Source: Takakia lepidozioides (lineage: Eukaryota > Plantae > Bryophyta). Taken from it: a stretch of DNA of 64,000 bases. Where the stretch lies: NCBI GenBank assembly GCA_030704615.1, contig CM060733.1, positions 3,472,001 through 3,536,000 of the forward strand, read 5' to 3'. Below are positions 63,331-64,000 of the stretch, piece by piece. The notes under the pieces are model-generated. The model worked only from the letters and a program-made list of their open reading frames with translations. It did no database searches and had not been told where the DNA came from. A program made the position numbers and the translations under genes. Each line of letters starts with the position of its first letter. Position 1 is the stretch's first letter.

Positions 63331-64000
63331 GGGAGCAGTGTGCTTGCAATGCAAAAATGGTAGCAGGGAACGCACTAGGGACTGGTGGCAACCGTTTTTC
63401 AGTATGGGAATTCAGGACTGTTAATTTAAAGGCTAAACATAAAAGTGGGCGGTAATTTGTGTTTTGCACATCACTGCAAATGCATGCTTTCAGACTCAAT
63501 TGCAATAAAAGGTGGATGATCATCCACATCTCCTTCATTCCATTGTGAATCACAGAACACATGCATCACTAAACATAGCTTCAGCCATTTTGAATAATGA
63601 GAAATTGTTTGATACCAAATGTTTCGATGAGAATGCAATCTCAGGGAAATCAGCAATCTGAATGGGAGCACGAGAGCATAAACCTGCTTGCTCTCAACCC
63701 TTCAATCTGGGACGCCCAACTTGACGAAGTGCATGCAAAATTGACGAAGATGGAGGGATTGCTGAGACTCTTTCGGATCCAATACGTCTTGATTTTCGTG
63801 ACATAGAAACCTCTACCCAATCCTTTCTTCTCTTCAAACTCATTCCCGATCCATCCTAGACATGTTCAAACCTGCTTACAAGATGTGGGTGGAGAAGACC
63901 CACAGCCATGCGTGTGACCATTTGTGCTAGCTTTCCTCTCGTGACACGAAGGTCACTCAAAAGATGGTTCTGAAGGGCCATGTTACCTTTCACACAGACT

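Noticed and set aside
63400-64000. Possible coding region at the window end
   Set aside because: Only short ORFs with no recognisable motif.

Overview
Eukaryotic, transposon-saturated DNA, most likely from a non-seed land plant (inferred from PLS/E-class RNA-editing PPR fragments, plant Ty3/Gypsy lineages and GT-AG introns). No intact host gene is evident. The window is a set of nested insertions. (1) 1-2925: 3' part of a Gypsy element whose pol carries a DNMT3-like C5-methyltransferase C-terminus before the integrase and a PHD finger after it. (2) A degenerate Ulp1-encoding element with GATCCCC repeats forms the apparent scaffold (about 3060-4290, 27956-30694, 58742-63330). (3) Chromovirus A1 (4297-27955) is split in RT by Mutator-like element M1 (6623-24587, 9-bp TSD). 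M1 contains chromovirus A2 (11167-19368) and PPR fragments. (4) Non-chromovirus Gypsy B1 (30695-58741, TSD CCCCC) is split at the end of RNase H by a 15-kb Mutator-like element M2 (37578-52587, 7-bp TSD). The main candidate system is M1/M2: related MULEs with a GCM-like/DDE/SWIM transposase facing away from an intron-containing gene for a ParB/Srx-like domain fused to a beta-class N4/N6 DNA-methyltransferase-like domain. Each carries its own family-specific 18-22 bp palindrome in helically phased arrays, in introns and near the termini, resembling a ParB/parS or VANC-like self-marking module. All domain calls come from motif recognition by eye; no searches were run.
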